From: Alkaliphilus sp.
GTDB taxonomy: Bacteria; Bacillota; Clostridia; Peptostreptococcales; NVVX01
Assembly (NCBI GenBank): GCA_002733545.1
Contig: NVVX01000014.1
Coordinates: 22,040-59,517 of the forward strand
Length of the DNA stretch: 37,478 nt
Direction of reading: 5' to 3'
Position numbers and translations under genes: made by a program. Below the pieces are notes generated by a model. That model was not told the DNA's origin. It ran no database searches and worked only from the letters and a program-made list of their open reading frames with translations. This document shows, in pieces, positions 25,246-34,086 of this stretch; position 1 is the stretch's first letter, and the number at the start of each line of letters is the position of its first letter.

Positions 25246-25811
25246 CTAGCTCCCCCCTTCAGAAAAGACCTTCGCTATAGCTCTAGCCATTGTGTTTTCT
25301 TCCATTTCTTGAACAATTCTCGCATATGCAAGCGCCCTCATAAATTCTTCAATATCCATCTCTTTTATTTCTTTTTTTAGCAGCTCTAGAGGAACGTATC
25401 TGTATATTTCTATCGTTCCTGATTCTACGAAGTTGCTTTTAACAGCCTCTAGTTGTTCTTCTAAAGCAGCTTGAAATTTGTTGTTTTAGGCAATCCCAAC
25501 ATACTGAGAAGTTTTTCACCTACCCCTAAACCAAGTGCAGGATATTTCTCTAGTTGACTTTCAATTTCTTCAAGTTGTTCTTCTATGATGTTATCTCTTA
25601 CAAAGTTGTTCATAGCTCTTATGCTGTCTTTTGACATGTCTCTTATATACCTATTAAATGACGATGTCTTAGGCTTTTTAAAATAGAACAGCATTGCTAC
25701 AGTTTCATACTCGCCACGTGGCTCAATTTCTGTCTTAATCTCATATAACTTCCCATATTTCTTCTTTAGTTCTTCAACCTTCAAACTTTTTTCTTTGCTT
25801 TTATCTTCCAT
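25246..25811 (-). CDS. Tail assembly chaperone: 116-aa short form (25461-25811) and ~188-aa -1 frameshift form
   Basis: Between tube and TMP; slippery A AAT TTC at 25479-25473; the -1 frame stays open for 75 codons to TAG at 25248-25246. Confidence 0.85.
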
Positions 25812-25858
25812 TTTACTTCCTCCTAAAAATAGTATTTGTCATTTATCTTGCGAATTTT

Positions 25859-26293
25859 CTACATAGGACTTAGTCCATCTCTTTCAATTTCGCCTACGAC
25901 CAAAAGGTCTAGGTCGATCTTTAATGACTTATCACCCTGTGCGTTCTTGTGACTTGTTTTTGTTATTGTGACTAGATTAAGAACGTCAATCTTAGTTCTT
26001 TGATGTGTGCTTGCAAAGCTTACCGTTATTTTAGGTATTACAAGCTTGTATAACGCAACTCCTTGTCGTTTGCAATGCCTAATTAAGTCATCAAAATCAT
26101 CTCTAAGCAAGCTCATCTTTGCAGATGCTTTATAATTCCCTTCGCCATACCCTCTCGCTTTTTGTCCCTTGCCATAAACTGTCTCCTTCTCAAGTTCATC
26201 GTCGTAACTTATCTCTTGAGCTTCAATTTCGAGTCCTGGTATCTTGATTGAGATGTCTCCCCAATCGTATGCTTTCCCATTTATTACAGCCAT
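25859..26293 (-). CDS. Tail tube protein
   Basis: INGKAYDW, ISYDD, YGKG...GYGEGNYKAS; follows the sheath gene. Confidence 0.82.
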   Translation of the reverse strand: MAVINGKAYDWGDISIKIPGLEIEAQEISYDDELEKETVYGKGQKARGYGEGNYKASAKMSLLRDDFDDLIRHCKRQGVALYKLVIPKITVSFASTHQRTKIDVLNLVTITKTSHKNAQGDKSLKIDLDLLVVGEIERDGLSPM

Positions 26294-26304
26294 TTAACTT
26301 CCTC

Positions 26305-27714
26305 CTAACTTAGCAATGGATTTTCCATCGCCATATCGATTTCGATTTCTCTAAGGTGCCCAATTGGTACATACCTAATTTTCAAATTCAACTTTTCAGT
26401 TCCAAGAATATCCTGCCCTTCAGGAACAATAATTCTTGCTGAAGATATTTCTTTGTCTCTTACCATTTTGTCAGCTGGTACTTGAATAAATTTAGCTATT
26501 GCTTCTAGACTTCCTTCTAGATCATCCATATCCACTTGTGTTTGGATTTGCAAAAGAGCTTCCTTTCTTGTTTCTCTTACAAGCTTATTTGCAACCCTCA
26601 CTCGTTCAGCGTATTTGAAATCTGAACCATCTTGCGACATCATTCTAGCGTTTGTTACAAAGAACCCTTCAAGCCCTACATACTCTCTCAAAGTAAGAAA
26701 CTTGGCTTCGTCTAAAGCTCCAATATGCTCTTCGATTCCCGCTGGCAAAAGTTCTAATATCCCTGCTACTGCAAAAACTCGTGTCTCACCGATGGACTGC
26801 TGTACTTTTGCTCTTGAGTATAAGCCACACGCAATAGAAGCGCAATTTACATCGCGTACAGAACCATCCATCTTCGCGTACAACGCCCTAGCTGTAGCTA
26901 CTTGAATGTATCTCGAAACAATGCCCGCTCTTTCAGTTATGAGACTGCTTGTATATTCTCCTGCCGCCTCATTTGTGTTTATGTTCCTAGCCTCAAGCAC
27001 AAAGAAAATAGGCTTGAAGTGCATACTAAAGAAGTTTTCCGCCTCAACTGCCAATGCCGCCCAAAGCGCTTTAGTTGACTCTCCAACAACGTGAATGTAC
27101 TCAAAGCTAAAACTTGAGTTCTTAATTACATTAAGAGCATTTAAAACGTCTTGGTTGGTCATTTGTGGTGCTGTAGTCAAAAAGCTAATTTTATCTCCTG
27201 TGTTGTATGAGTTTGGCACGTCTATGTCTTCTGTGAATGTTAAAGTAAGTCCAGTTTCAGGAAGTACAAAGCTACCTCCTACTGTGAGAGTTGTCTCTTG
27301 CGAGAAGCTATGCCCTCCGTCAATAGAATATTTAAAAGTTGCTACGTTAAATCCGCCACCTTCAATAAATTCTATTTCTACATGGTAGAAATTGTTTGGG
27401 TTTCCTGTAGCAGTACATATCCCTTTTCCTGTTCCCGTTTTTTCAATAGCTTCAATAGTTCCGTCTGTAGAAGCTTGAACAGGCAAGCAATAAATGCCGT
27501 TTGCTCCTGCTGATACACTGTCCATGCATGAGTCTGCAAGAGGGCTGTTGCCTAACTTTTCCTTTATTTTCTCTGCGTTCATGCTACCTGTAATTGAAAT
27601 TAGATTAGCGCTCACTATAGGTGATACACCTATCTTTACATGCACTCCTTCTCCCTTTATACTTGAAGAACCAAGCCCACCATCTGTAATGTTGATTTTT
27701 ACACCCTTAAGCAT
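26305..27714 (-). CDS. Contractile tail sheath protein (DUF2586-like)
   Basis: V.INITDGGLG start, SDFKYAERVRVANK, LKIRYVPIG end; 469 aa upstream of the tube. Confidence 0.85.
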   Translation of the reverse strand: MLKGVKINITDGGLGSSSIKGEGVHVKIGVSPIVSANLISITGSMNAEKIKEKLGNSPLADSCMDSVSAGANGIYCLPVQASTDGTIEAIEKTGTGKGICTATGNPNNFYHVEIEFIEGGGFNVATFKYSIDGGHSFSQETTLTVGGSFVLPETGLTLTFTEDIDVPNSYNTGDKISFLTTAPQMTNQDVLNALNVIKNSSFSFEYIHVVGESTKALWAALAVEAENFFSMHFKPIFFVLEARNINTNEAAGEYTSSLITERAGIVSRYIQVATARALYAKMDGSVRDVNCASIACGLYSRAKVQQSIGETRVFAVAGILELLPAGIEEHIGALDEAKFLTLREYVGLEGFFVTNARMMSQDGSDFKYAERVRVANKLVRETRKEALLQIQTQVDMDDLEGSLEAIAKFIQVPADKMVRDKEISSARIIVPEGQDILGTEKLNLKIRYVPIGHLREIEIDMAMENPLLS

Positions 27715-27911
27715 TATTTTGCCACCTTCCCTCTAAGAGAGGATCCTAGAAAATCCTTAATTGCACTTTCAAATTCTTTCTTTGTTACCATCTTGCCACT
27801 CGACCACCCTTTAAAAGCAGAGGCTCCAACAAAAATAGCTTTGTCAATTTGTTTGTCTTTTGCTAATTTCTCAATACTGATTTGTTCTTCTACTCCTTTT
27901 TTTACTGCCAT
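27714..27911 (-). CDS. Small hypothetical phage protein
   Basis: 65-aa ORF with GAGGAGG-like RBS, coupled to the sheath gene. Confidence 0.65.
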   Translation of the reverse strand: MAVKKGVEEQISIEKLAKDKQIDKAIFVGASAFKGWSSGKMVTKKEFESAIKDFLGSSLRGKVAK

Positions 27912-27913
27912 GC

Positions 27914-28396
27914 TTATTCCTCCTCTACGCTTACGTCTTGTAGTTTTTTATATGTGACGTCTCTATAAATCCCACCACGAAAACTTATTAATATTTGAAC
28001 AGCCATCTTACTCCTAAGTATGCTATCTTTTTCATCAACCCATGCAGCACCCTCTACTTCAATGTATATATAGTTGCCCCTTAGGTCTAATAGCCCTCTG
28101 TCTAGCGACTCCATAAATTTTAGAAATATTTCTTCGCATTTGCTAATAGAGTATTCTCCAATGGTTACTGAATAGTAAGCTTGCCTATCAAATGTTTTGG
28201 TTCTTTTCTTTTTTGCAATGCCTTCGTAGTACACTTTTTTTGAATCAGCTCGTTCGAATTTTTCTTTTTCAAAGAGAACTGCCCCTATATGAGAATCTCT
28301 GCAAAGATTCACTTCTTTTTCTGTTGTGCGTATCATTCCTTTAATTCCTGCTTGTACCAATTTCTCTTTTAAATATTCCATACAAAGCCCAATCAT
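27914..28396 (-). CDS. Putative tail completion/terminator protein
   Basis: 160 aa between the neck genes and the sheath; assigned by synteny. Confidence 0.55.
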   Translation of the reverse strand: MIGLCMEYLKEKLVQAGIKGMIRTTEKEVNLCRDSHIGAVLFEKEKFERADSKKVYYEGIAKKKRTKTFDRQAYYSVTIGEYSISKCEEIFLKFMESLDRGLLDLRGNYIYIEVEGAAWVDEKDSILRSKMAVQILISFRGGIYRDVTYKKLQDVSVEEE

Positions 28397-28887
28397 TCTT
28401 CATCACCTGCCACAAGTTCTTCAAGCGTTCTCTTTATCTCTGTCATATCTTTTTCGCTAATGCCGAGAAAAGGACGAGCTGGAATGTTTACGACAACTTT
28501 CTTTTTAGTGATCCAGCGACTGCCTATTTTAAATCTAAGCCCTTTTGAACTTTTAGCCCTAATAGTTCTGCCTTCATCTCCAAACTGATGAGTGGCTGCG
28601 TAGATTTTGTTCGTCCCTACTGCAAACCCGCTGCCGCTTACACTCGTCTTTATGCTCCTTCTAAGAAGAGCAGTAGAAGTCAATGTTTTGCCATTTTCTT
28701 CTTTCGCCCTTATAGAAGGCTCCCACGCTTTTTCGTCTGGATCTTCTTCGTCCTTGAACCTTTGCACCGTAGAAGTTCTTAGAGTTTCACCTAGAGTTAG
28801 GTTAACTCCACGAAGATCAATATTTTTAAGATTAGCAATTTTTTTCATTAAGCCTCTAACATCACCCTCAAGCCTAATCCCAGCCAT
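28393..28887 (-). CDS. Phage virion morphogenesis protein (Mu gpG family)
   Basis: RF....DPD...W, LT.T..LRRSI, VGTNKIYAATHQFG, IPARPFLGIS; start re-called at ATG 28887. Confidence 0.9.
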   Translation of the reverse strand: MAGIRLEGDVRGLMKKIANLKNIDLRGVNLTLGETLRTSTVQRFKDEEDPDEKAWEPSIRAKEENGKTLTSTALLRRSIKTSVSGSGFAVGTNKIYAATHQFGDEGRTIRAKSSKGLRFKIGSRWITKKKVVVNIPARPFLGISEKDMTEIKRTLEELVAGDEE

Positions 28888-28891
28888 ATTC

Positions 28892-29338
28892 TCACATCCC
28901 TTTAAGAGAATCTCTGCCAAATATCCGTTCGTTTGATTTCATATTGAAGCCTGTATTCGCTCTTTTTTCTACCTTCTTTACTCCTATATCAACAACACCT
29001 TTGGCTATGTTCTCAAGAAATCTAACCGCTGCTTTATACCTTGTAAGATGATTCGACTCTCTTTCTCCTCCTTCCATGCCAGTTCTTGAAAAGAGATTGT
29101 AGAGGGCTATGTCTTTTGAAAACTTATTTATAACTTTCGGGATAGCAGCCAGGGGAGTAGGATACCTTTTTGCCAGGTATCCATCTATTTCTCCATCCGC
29201 ATCCTCAATTGCTGCTTCAACGAGTGGTAGCAATTTTGCCTCTCGTTCGGCTACATTTTCGATAAACACATCGCCAATAATTATATTCATAGCATCGCCC
29301 TTAATCATTTCCATAACTTCTTGAGTTGTGCTATACAT
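28892..29338 (-). CDS. Head-tail connector (Mu gp36 / DUF1320)
   Basis: MYST, AIEDADGEIDGYLAKRYPTPL, DIALYNL, RYKAAVRFLENIAKG. Confidence 0.9.
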   Translation of the reverse strand: MYSTTQEVMEMIKGDAMNIIIGDVFIENVAEREAKLLPLVEAAIEDADGEIDGYLAKRYPTPLAAIPKVINKFSKDIALYNLFSRTGMEGGERESNHLTRYKAAVRFLENIAKGVVDIGVKKVEKRANTGFNMKSNERIFGRDSLKGM

Positions 29339-29347
29339 TCAAATCAC

Positions 29348-30235
29348 CTACACTACTTCGCCAGTAGATCCAAAAGCCATCTGCCAAAATCCATAGCCTG
29401 CGTTGGCTCTTGCATGAACTCCATAAAGAAATTGTTTTCTCATAAACACGTTCTCACTTTGATCACTGATAAGTGCATCAAATTTTGGGGCTTTTCTCTC
29501 TTGAAAAATCAGAGGCTTTAGTGCCTTTGTTGTGCAAAGCAAATACCAAGCATTGTCATTGCCAGCCAGTTCAGGAACGGCTAAGAAGTCAGCTGTGCCT
29601 TTTAAAATATTGCTTGACCCACTTCTCATGTCAGCAAGAAGAATTTCTCTTGCCTTTGATTCATTTGCTGGCGCAACCACCAATAAGTTAGGAACCAAGT
29701 TTAAGCTGTTGCCGCTTGTATCTTTTAGCGTCATTATCGCGCTTCTTGCTGCTTCGTAGCTTTCGTGCGAAAGCTTCTTGTTGCCTAAATTACTAATAGT
29801 TGCTTTGCCAATTTTATGAGCATCTGAAAAGAATGGTTTCCCATCATAGCACTTTAAAATAAATCCTTCTTTTAGCAGCTTGAAGACCAAGGTGTCAGGA
29901 AAGGCTTTCGTGCTTTGAGCAATGTCCTGTATAACAGGATTATAAACCCCTAACTTGTCGTCTTCTATGTCGTTTCTGTCAACCCCAACTGTAAGCTCAA
30001 AATCTTTGTTCTTGATTGTGTAGTCAGATGCAGCTAAGTTTTGTATCTCTCTATCTCCAACCCATTCCCTCATTCTCGGAAGCTTTCCTAGCCACTTATA
30101 GTTTTCCTCACCTGTTTCGCTCGGCACTCTCGTAGCTACTTTGTCCCAAAGAGTTGTTGTTTCTGTAAATACTTTATTGAAAATAGTCTTAAACCCTGTT
30201 GAAATCCCTTGTATTGCTTGCTGATTTACTAACAT
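29348..30235 (-). CDS. Major capsid protein (Mu gpT family)
   Basis: YKWLGKLPRMREWVGDR, NKDFELTVGVDRNDIEDDKLG, CYDGKPFFSDAH, KPLIFQER, GYGFWQMAFGS. Confidence 0.95.
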   Translation of the reverse strand: MLVNQQAIQGISTGFKTIFNKVFTETTTLWDKVATRVPSETGEENYKWLGKLPRMREWVGDREIQNLAASDYTIKNKDFELTVGVDRNDIEDDKLGVYNPVIQDIAQSTKAFPDTLVFKLLKEGFILKCYDGKPFFSDAHKIGKATISNLGNKKLSHESYEAARSAIMTLKDTSGNSLNLVPNLLVVAPANESKAREILLADMRSGSSNILKGTADFLAVPELAGNDNAWYLLCTTKALKPLIFQERKAPKFDALISDQSENVFMRKQFLYGVHARANAGYGFWQMAFGSTGEVV

Positions 30236-30252
30236 ATCTCATTCAACCTCCC

Positions 30253-30651
30253 CTAAATAATTTCGACAATCACTTGACTGTCGTCTATTCTAATTACTTT
30301 ACCTGCCTTTGACGTTCCAGTGGCAAGCATGCACACCGTCTCGTCATCCAAAACAAAGCATTCCTTAAGCAAGTCGCCTCCCGTTACTGGGTTTGTAGTA
30401 TCATTGTTATACTTGAATATCCCACGTCTAACTTTGATGTTCTTCTCTGCATTAACTCCGCCAGTATTGTCGACAAACTCTTCTGCCCTCCCTGCCGAGA
30501 TTAAGTCTAACGCCGTTTTTCCTTGAACAGCAAAGCCAGCTTCAAGCATTACAATTCCACCTTCATAAATTTTTGTATTTGCCTTCACTGGCAAAATTAA
30601 CGTTCTTCCTTCTGCAATTTCAACTGTATTTCTTCCTGTCGTTAATGCCAT
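30253..30651 (-). CDS. Putative capsid decoration/cement protein
   Basis: PVKANTKIYEGGIV, GRAEEFVDNTGG, VRRGIF; between protease and capsid. Confidence 0.7.
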   Translation of the reverse strand: MALTTGRNTVEIAEGRTLILPVKANTKIYEGGIVMLEAGFAVQGKTALDLISAGRAEEFVDNTGGVNAEKNIKVRRGIFKYNNDTTNPVTGGDLLKECFVLDDETVCMLATGTSKAGKVIRIDDSQVIVEII

Positions 30652-31674
30652 CTACTTCACTTCCTTTCCATATTTTTCAATGTCTTCGCTGTTTACTCCT
30701 AGCATCTTGCACACTCTAATTGTTGTTTCATCGTCTTTTTTCTGAGTCGTCTTGCCGCCGAAACTAATTTCACCCATAGGGACAACTTCTGGGGCTTTTT
30801 CAATAAACTTCTCAAATCCTGCAGGGTCTTTTAACGCATACTCTATAGCCCATTCTTTTTGCGTAGCTGTAATTTTTCCAGCCTTCATGGCTCTTGTGAC
30901 TAGCTCTTCTCCGTCCTTTTTGTCTAATCTTTCTTTAAGTTTATCAAACTCACTTGCTGGCACAAACCCAGCGGGGTTTTTTAAAGCCATAATTGACGAT
31001 GTAACATCTTCTGTTTTTGAAGTTTCGTCCAGTCCCAAAAGTCCTAAAACAGTCTTGTTCGCTACAATTTCTTCTCCTGTCCCCTCAGCTTTTTTATTAA
31101 TAATTTCTTTTAATGCTTCTACGATTTGCTCTTCTGTCGCATCTTCTTGCAATCCTAAAAGTGCCGCAATTTTTTTTGAATCCATTTCATTTCCTCCTTC
31201 ATTTTTATATTCTTCAAGGTCTACTTCTTCCGAAATATCCTTATTTATAATTGGATACATGTTGTTTATAGCTGGTGTGTTGGTGAGGGCTACCGAGTGA
31301 AGCACCACAGCCCGCGAATCTGATTTTCTCGTTAGCACAACAGGAGATAGGTATCTATACTCTTTATTTTCGAGGTACTCCTGCGCCTTCTTGGTCCATT
31401 CAACTTTAGCAATAATTGCTCCGTCTTCCATCTTAATATCTTTTATCCACCCCCCAGCAGGAGCTTCAACATTCTCTAGTGTTTGATGCTCATAGTCAAC
31501 TACAACGTCAAGTCCTCTTTTTTCAAAAGTATCCTTCATTTGTTTAAAGCTTTCTGCATCAACTATAAAGTCGCCCTTTAATGATGTTACGTTCCCCACA
31601 GGTAGAATTTTTACTTCCCCTGGTACTCCTTTCACTTCTATAGAATTTGCTATAATTCTGTGCCCGTTTTTCAT
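30652..31674 (-). CDS. Prohead protease I with nested scaffold (Mu gp32/gpZ-like)
   Basis: VDYEHQT, APAGGWI, VEWT..A, EYRYLSPV, SVALTNTPAI; C-terminal LLGL repeats and AMKAGKIT. Confidence 0.93.
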   Translation of the reverse strand: MKNGHRIIANSIEVKGVPGEVKILPVGNVTSLKGDFIVDAESFKQMKDTFEKRGLDVVVDYEHQTLENVEAPAGGWIKDIKMEDGAIIAKVEWTKKAQEYLENKEYRYLSPVVLTRKSDSRAVVLHSVALTNTPAINNMYPIINKDISEEVDLEEYKNEGGNEMDSKKIAALLGLQEDATEEQIVEALKEIINKKAEGTGEEIVANKTVLGLLGLDETSKTEDVTSSIMALKNPAGFVPASEFDKLKERLDKKDGEELVTRAMKAGKITATQKEWAIEYALKDPAGFEKFIEKAPEVVPMGEISFGGKTTQKKDDETTIRVCKMLGVNSEDIEKYGKEVK

Positions 31675-31723
31675 CTGTTTGTTTTTTCACCTCCTGCTGC
31701 CATGTTAGTCTTTTAAAATGACC

Positions 31724-31745
31724 GCGTTATCGCGCGCGATAACGC
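31724..31745. promoter_or_regulatory. Perfect 22-bp palindrome upstream of the protease gene (candidate late-regulator site)
   Basis: GCGTTATCGCG|CGCGATAACGC in the largest intergenic gap of the head module. Confidence 0.55.
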
Positions 31746-31803
31746 ATGTTGTAGCCTTAAATCATGCCTTTTGCTACCTAAACTACTTAGAAACTGTTTA
31801 GGC

Positions 31804-32526
31804 TTATTTAAGCTCCCTCCTTTCAAACGCTTTTTTTAGCGTTTCAGGGTAACCTTTTAAGTCAGGTTTAAAAGAAATCTTAGCGGGGTTCGTTCTGAAA
31901 TTACGATCTGGAAGTATATTCACGAAAGTTCCCTCCACCACACCTGCTCCCGGCATTCCTTCTTCAACTTTTATATTTCGTTGTTTGACTTGTCTTTCTG
32001 ACAGTGTCACAACTCCACATCTACACTTAAAGCCATTTGGTGGATACCACACATCCCAAACAGGATCATCTGCTCTATATACTTTTTGATCCATCGCCCT
32101 ATGTGTAAGTCTCGTTTTTCTGTCATCGACCGCATCGTACATCCAGAAAGGTCTCAGCTTAACAACTGTTGGGTCTGTTATTTGTTTGTAATGCCCTACC
32201 GAATAGGCAGTTTGCGCATTGGTTCTAAAAATGTTATCAGCTTGAAAATTAGTAATTCCAGTATAGCCTTTTTCGTCAAGAAACTTATTCATATCTTTTT
32301 TGAATTGCTCCATAGTCGTTCCCTCTTCAATCGCTGTTAAAAGTGCTCCGTGAAATTTGTTTAGTACTTGTACTTGGCTGTAGCCCGAAACTGTAAATGC
32401 TGATGCTCTATATTTTTCAGCGAGCGAATAAAACTCTTTAGGGCTTACAGGAAGCTTTTCGCCAAAATATTCTATAGCTTCCTCAAATTTTAGCGGGCTT
32501 CTAAGGAGCTTAATCAGATCTTTCAT
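31804..32526 (-). CDS. Head morphogenesis protein (Mu gpF / SPP1 gp7 family)
   Basis: AFTVSG, IFRTNAQTAYSVG, YDAVDDRKTRLTH, YPPNGFKCRCGV. Confidence 0.93.
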   Translation of the reverse strand: MKDLIKLLRSPLKFEEAIEYFGEKLPVSPKEFYSLAEKYRASAFTVSGYSQVQVLNKFHGALLTAIEEGTTMEQFKKDMNKFLDEKGYTGITNFQADNIFRTNAQTAYSVGHYKQITDPTVVKLRPFWMYDAVDDRKTRLTHRAMDQKVYRADDPVWDVWYPPNGFKCRCGVVTLSERQVKQRNIKVEEGMPGAGVVEGTFVNILPDRNFRTNPAKISFKPDLKGYPETLKKAFERRELK

Positions 32527-34075
32527 TTTCCTTCATCCTCCCAAAAATATCCGCATAAAACATTACCTTGTGAAGCAACTCTTCAAGTTTTTCGTTGTCC
32601 ATCTCTTCGTACAACTTCAGCACTGATTCATCTGTCTTAAATACTTCTTTAATTTCTTCTAGCGATTTGGCTGAATTTACAAGCTTTAGTACTGGATCGA
32701 AGCTCTGTCTAAACATCTGTGCACTTTTCTCTATTGAGTGTTCTATTATCTCGCTTACTTTTTCTTGTTGATTATTGTGATTTTCTCCACTTTCTTTGCT
32801 CGCATCGTCTTTTAATACCTTCATGCTTTGTCTATTTCTCTCTCTTTCAGGGGCAACTACTTCCTCATTAGCCTCTGGCTTTGGAACTCCAAACTTTTTG
32901 TATATATGCGAAGATGCTATTCTAAGACCTATCTTATTTACGAGTATGTCATATATCTCTACCGTTTCTTTTAGGTCTCCTGCTTCTTCGCTGTCAAATC
33001 TTAGATACGGTATTCTTTTGTTCTCTCCAAAGTTAAAGAGCACAAGCGGTCTTATAAGATCTCTTCTCACAGTAGCTGCTAACGCTTTGCAGTCTGCCAT
33101 AGTTAAATCATGCCTTACTTCATTGTGCGTTTTACTTTGTGCAAAAGACCCTCCACCGCTGTCTGAAGTCAATGTTTGCCCCAACAGCGCTTTCGACATT
33201 TGTTCGTCGCAGAACCTCGCAAGAGATTCGTATACATTGATTGAAGTTGTTTTAGCACTTTCTTTAAACTCGATTTCTGTGTTGTCAGGTATTATCCCCG
33301 CCGCATCTGTGCCAAGCATTACGAGCGCCTTCATTAGCGCTTCTTTGTCTTCTTCTGATGCGGAAGGATTGTACTTGCCAAGTCTAAGCGGCATTCCAAA
33401 GACTTCACAAAAGGCAACCCAATCCTTGACGTCATAATTTTTGAACAAATACATCCATGCTACTACTCTCAGTGTGCCTGCACGAGAAGGATGCCCTGAG
33501 CGTGCCTTATACCTATGAACAATGAACTTATTCTCTGGAACTATAATTCCATTTGGAAACTCTTCAGTCATTACTTTGAAAATGTCATTTTCGTCCCAAA
33601 AGAACTTTTTCTGATGCCTCCACTTAACGTCCTTAATGGTGTGTTTGTCATTTTCATTTTCCCAAATAATTTCACTTGTAGCTATTCCTTTCCCAACTGC
33701 ATCTAGTAGGTCTAAGAACATGTCCTCCATTGATTCAATGCTTTCAATTTCTTCTTTAACAAATTCAGCAATCTTTTTGTCGTACTCGTCATCTGAAAAA
33801 GGAATAACTTCAAAGTCAAGCCCAGTAACTGCGTTTTTCCGAGTTTGAAGTTGTGAAAAAAGATGCGGATCTTTCTCTTCCATTTCTTCAAAGAGTTCCA
33901 TTTGTCTTAGCACGTCTCCCGAATCAGCTTCTCTAAAAATTTGTGCAAGCCTTGTAGGAGTCAACCCGTTTGATGGATAAGTAGAATATTTATCCTGTAT
34001 TTGTACTGCTGCAATTTCTCCCACAATTGGTTTTTTGAATTTGTTTTGAATATAGCTAAGTGCTCTTTTAATCAA
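32510..34075 (-). CDS. Portal protein (Mu gp29 / DUF935)
   Basis: LFEEMEEKDPHL, FCEVFGMPLRLGKY, MSKALLGQTLTS, HNEVRHD. Confidence 0.94.
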   Translation of the reverse strand: MIKRALSYIQNKFKKPIVGEIAAVQIQDKYSTYPSNGLTPTRLAQIFREADSGDVLRQMELFEEMEEKDPHLFSQLQTRKNAVTGLDFEVIPFSDDEYDKKIAEFVKEEIESIESMEDMFLDLLDAVGKGIATSEIIWENENDKHTIKDVKWRHQKKFFWDENDIFKVMTEEFPNGIIVPENKFIVHRYKARSGHPSRAGTLRVVAWMYLFKNYDVKDWVAFCEVFGMPLRLGKYNPSASEEDKEALMKALVMLGTDAAGIIPDNTEIEFKESAKTTSINVYESLARFCDEQMSKALLGQTLTSDSGGGSFAQSKTHNEVRHDLTMADCKALAATVRRDLIRPLVLFNFGENKRIPYLRFDSEEAGDLKETVEIYDILVNKIGLRIASSHIYKKFGVPKPEANEEVVAPERERNRQSMKVLKDDASKESGENHNNQQEKVSEIIEHSIEKSAQMFRQSFDPVLKLVNSAKSLEEIKEVFKTDESVLKLYEEMDNEKLEELLHKVMFYADIFGRMKENERSD

Positions 34076-34086
34076 ATACTCGCCTC

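Noticed and set aside
19585-27714. Tail module as a tailocin or contractile injection system
   Set aside because: It is contiguous with terminase, portal and capsid genes, so it belongs to a prophage.
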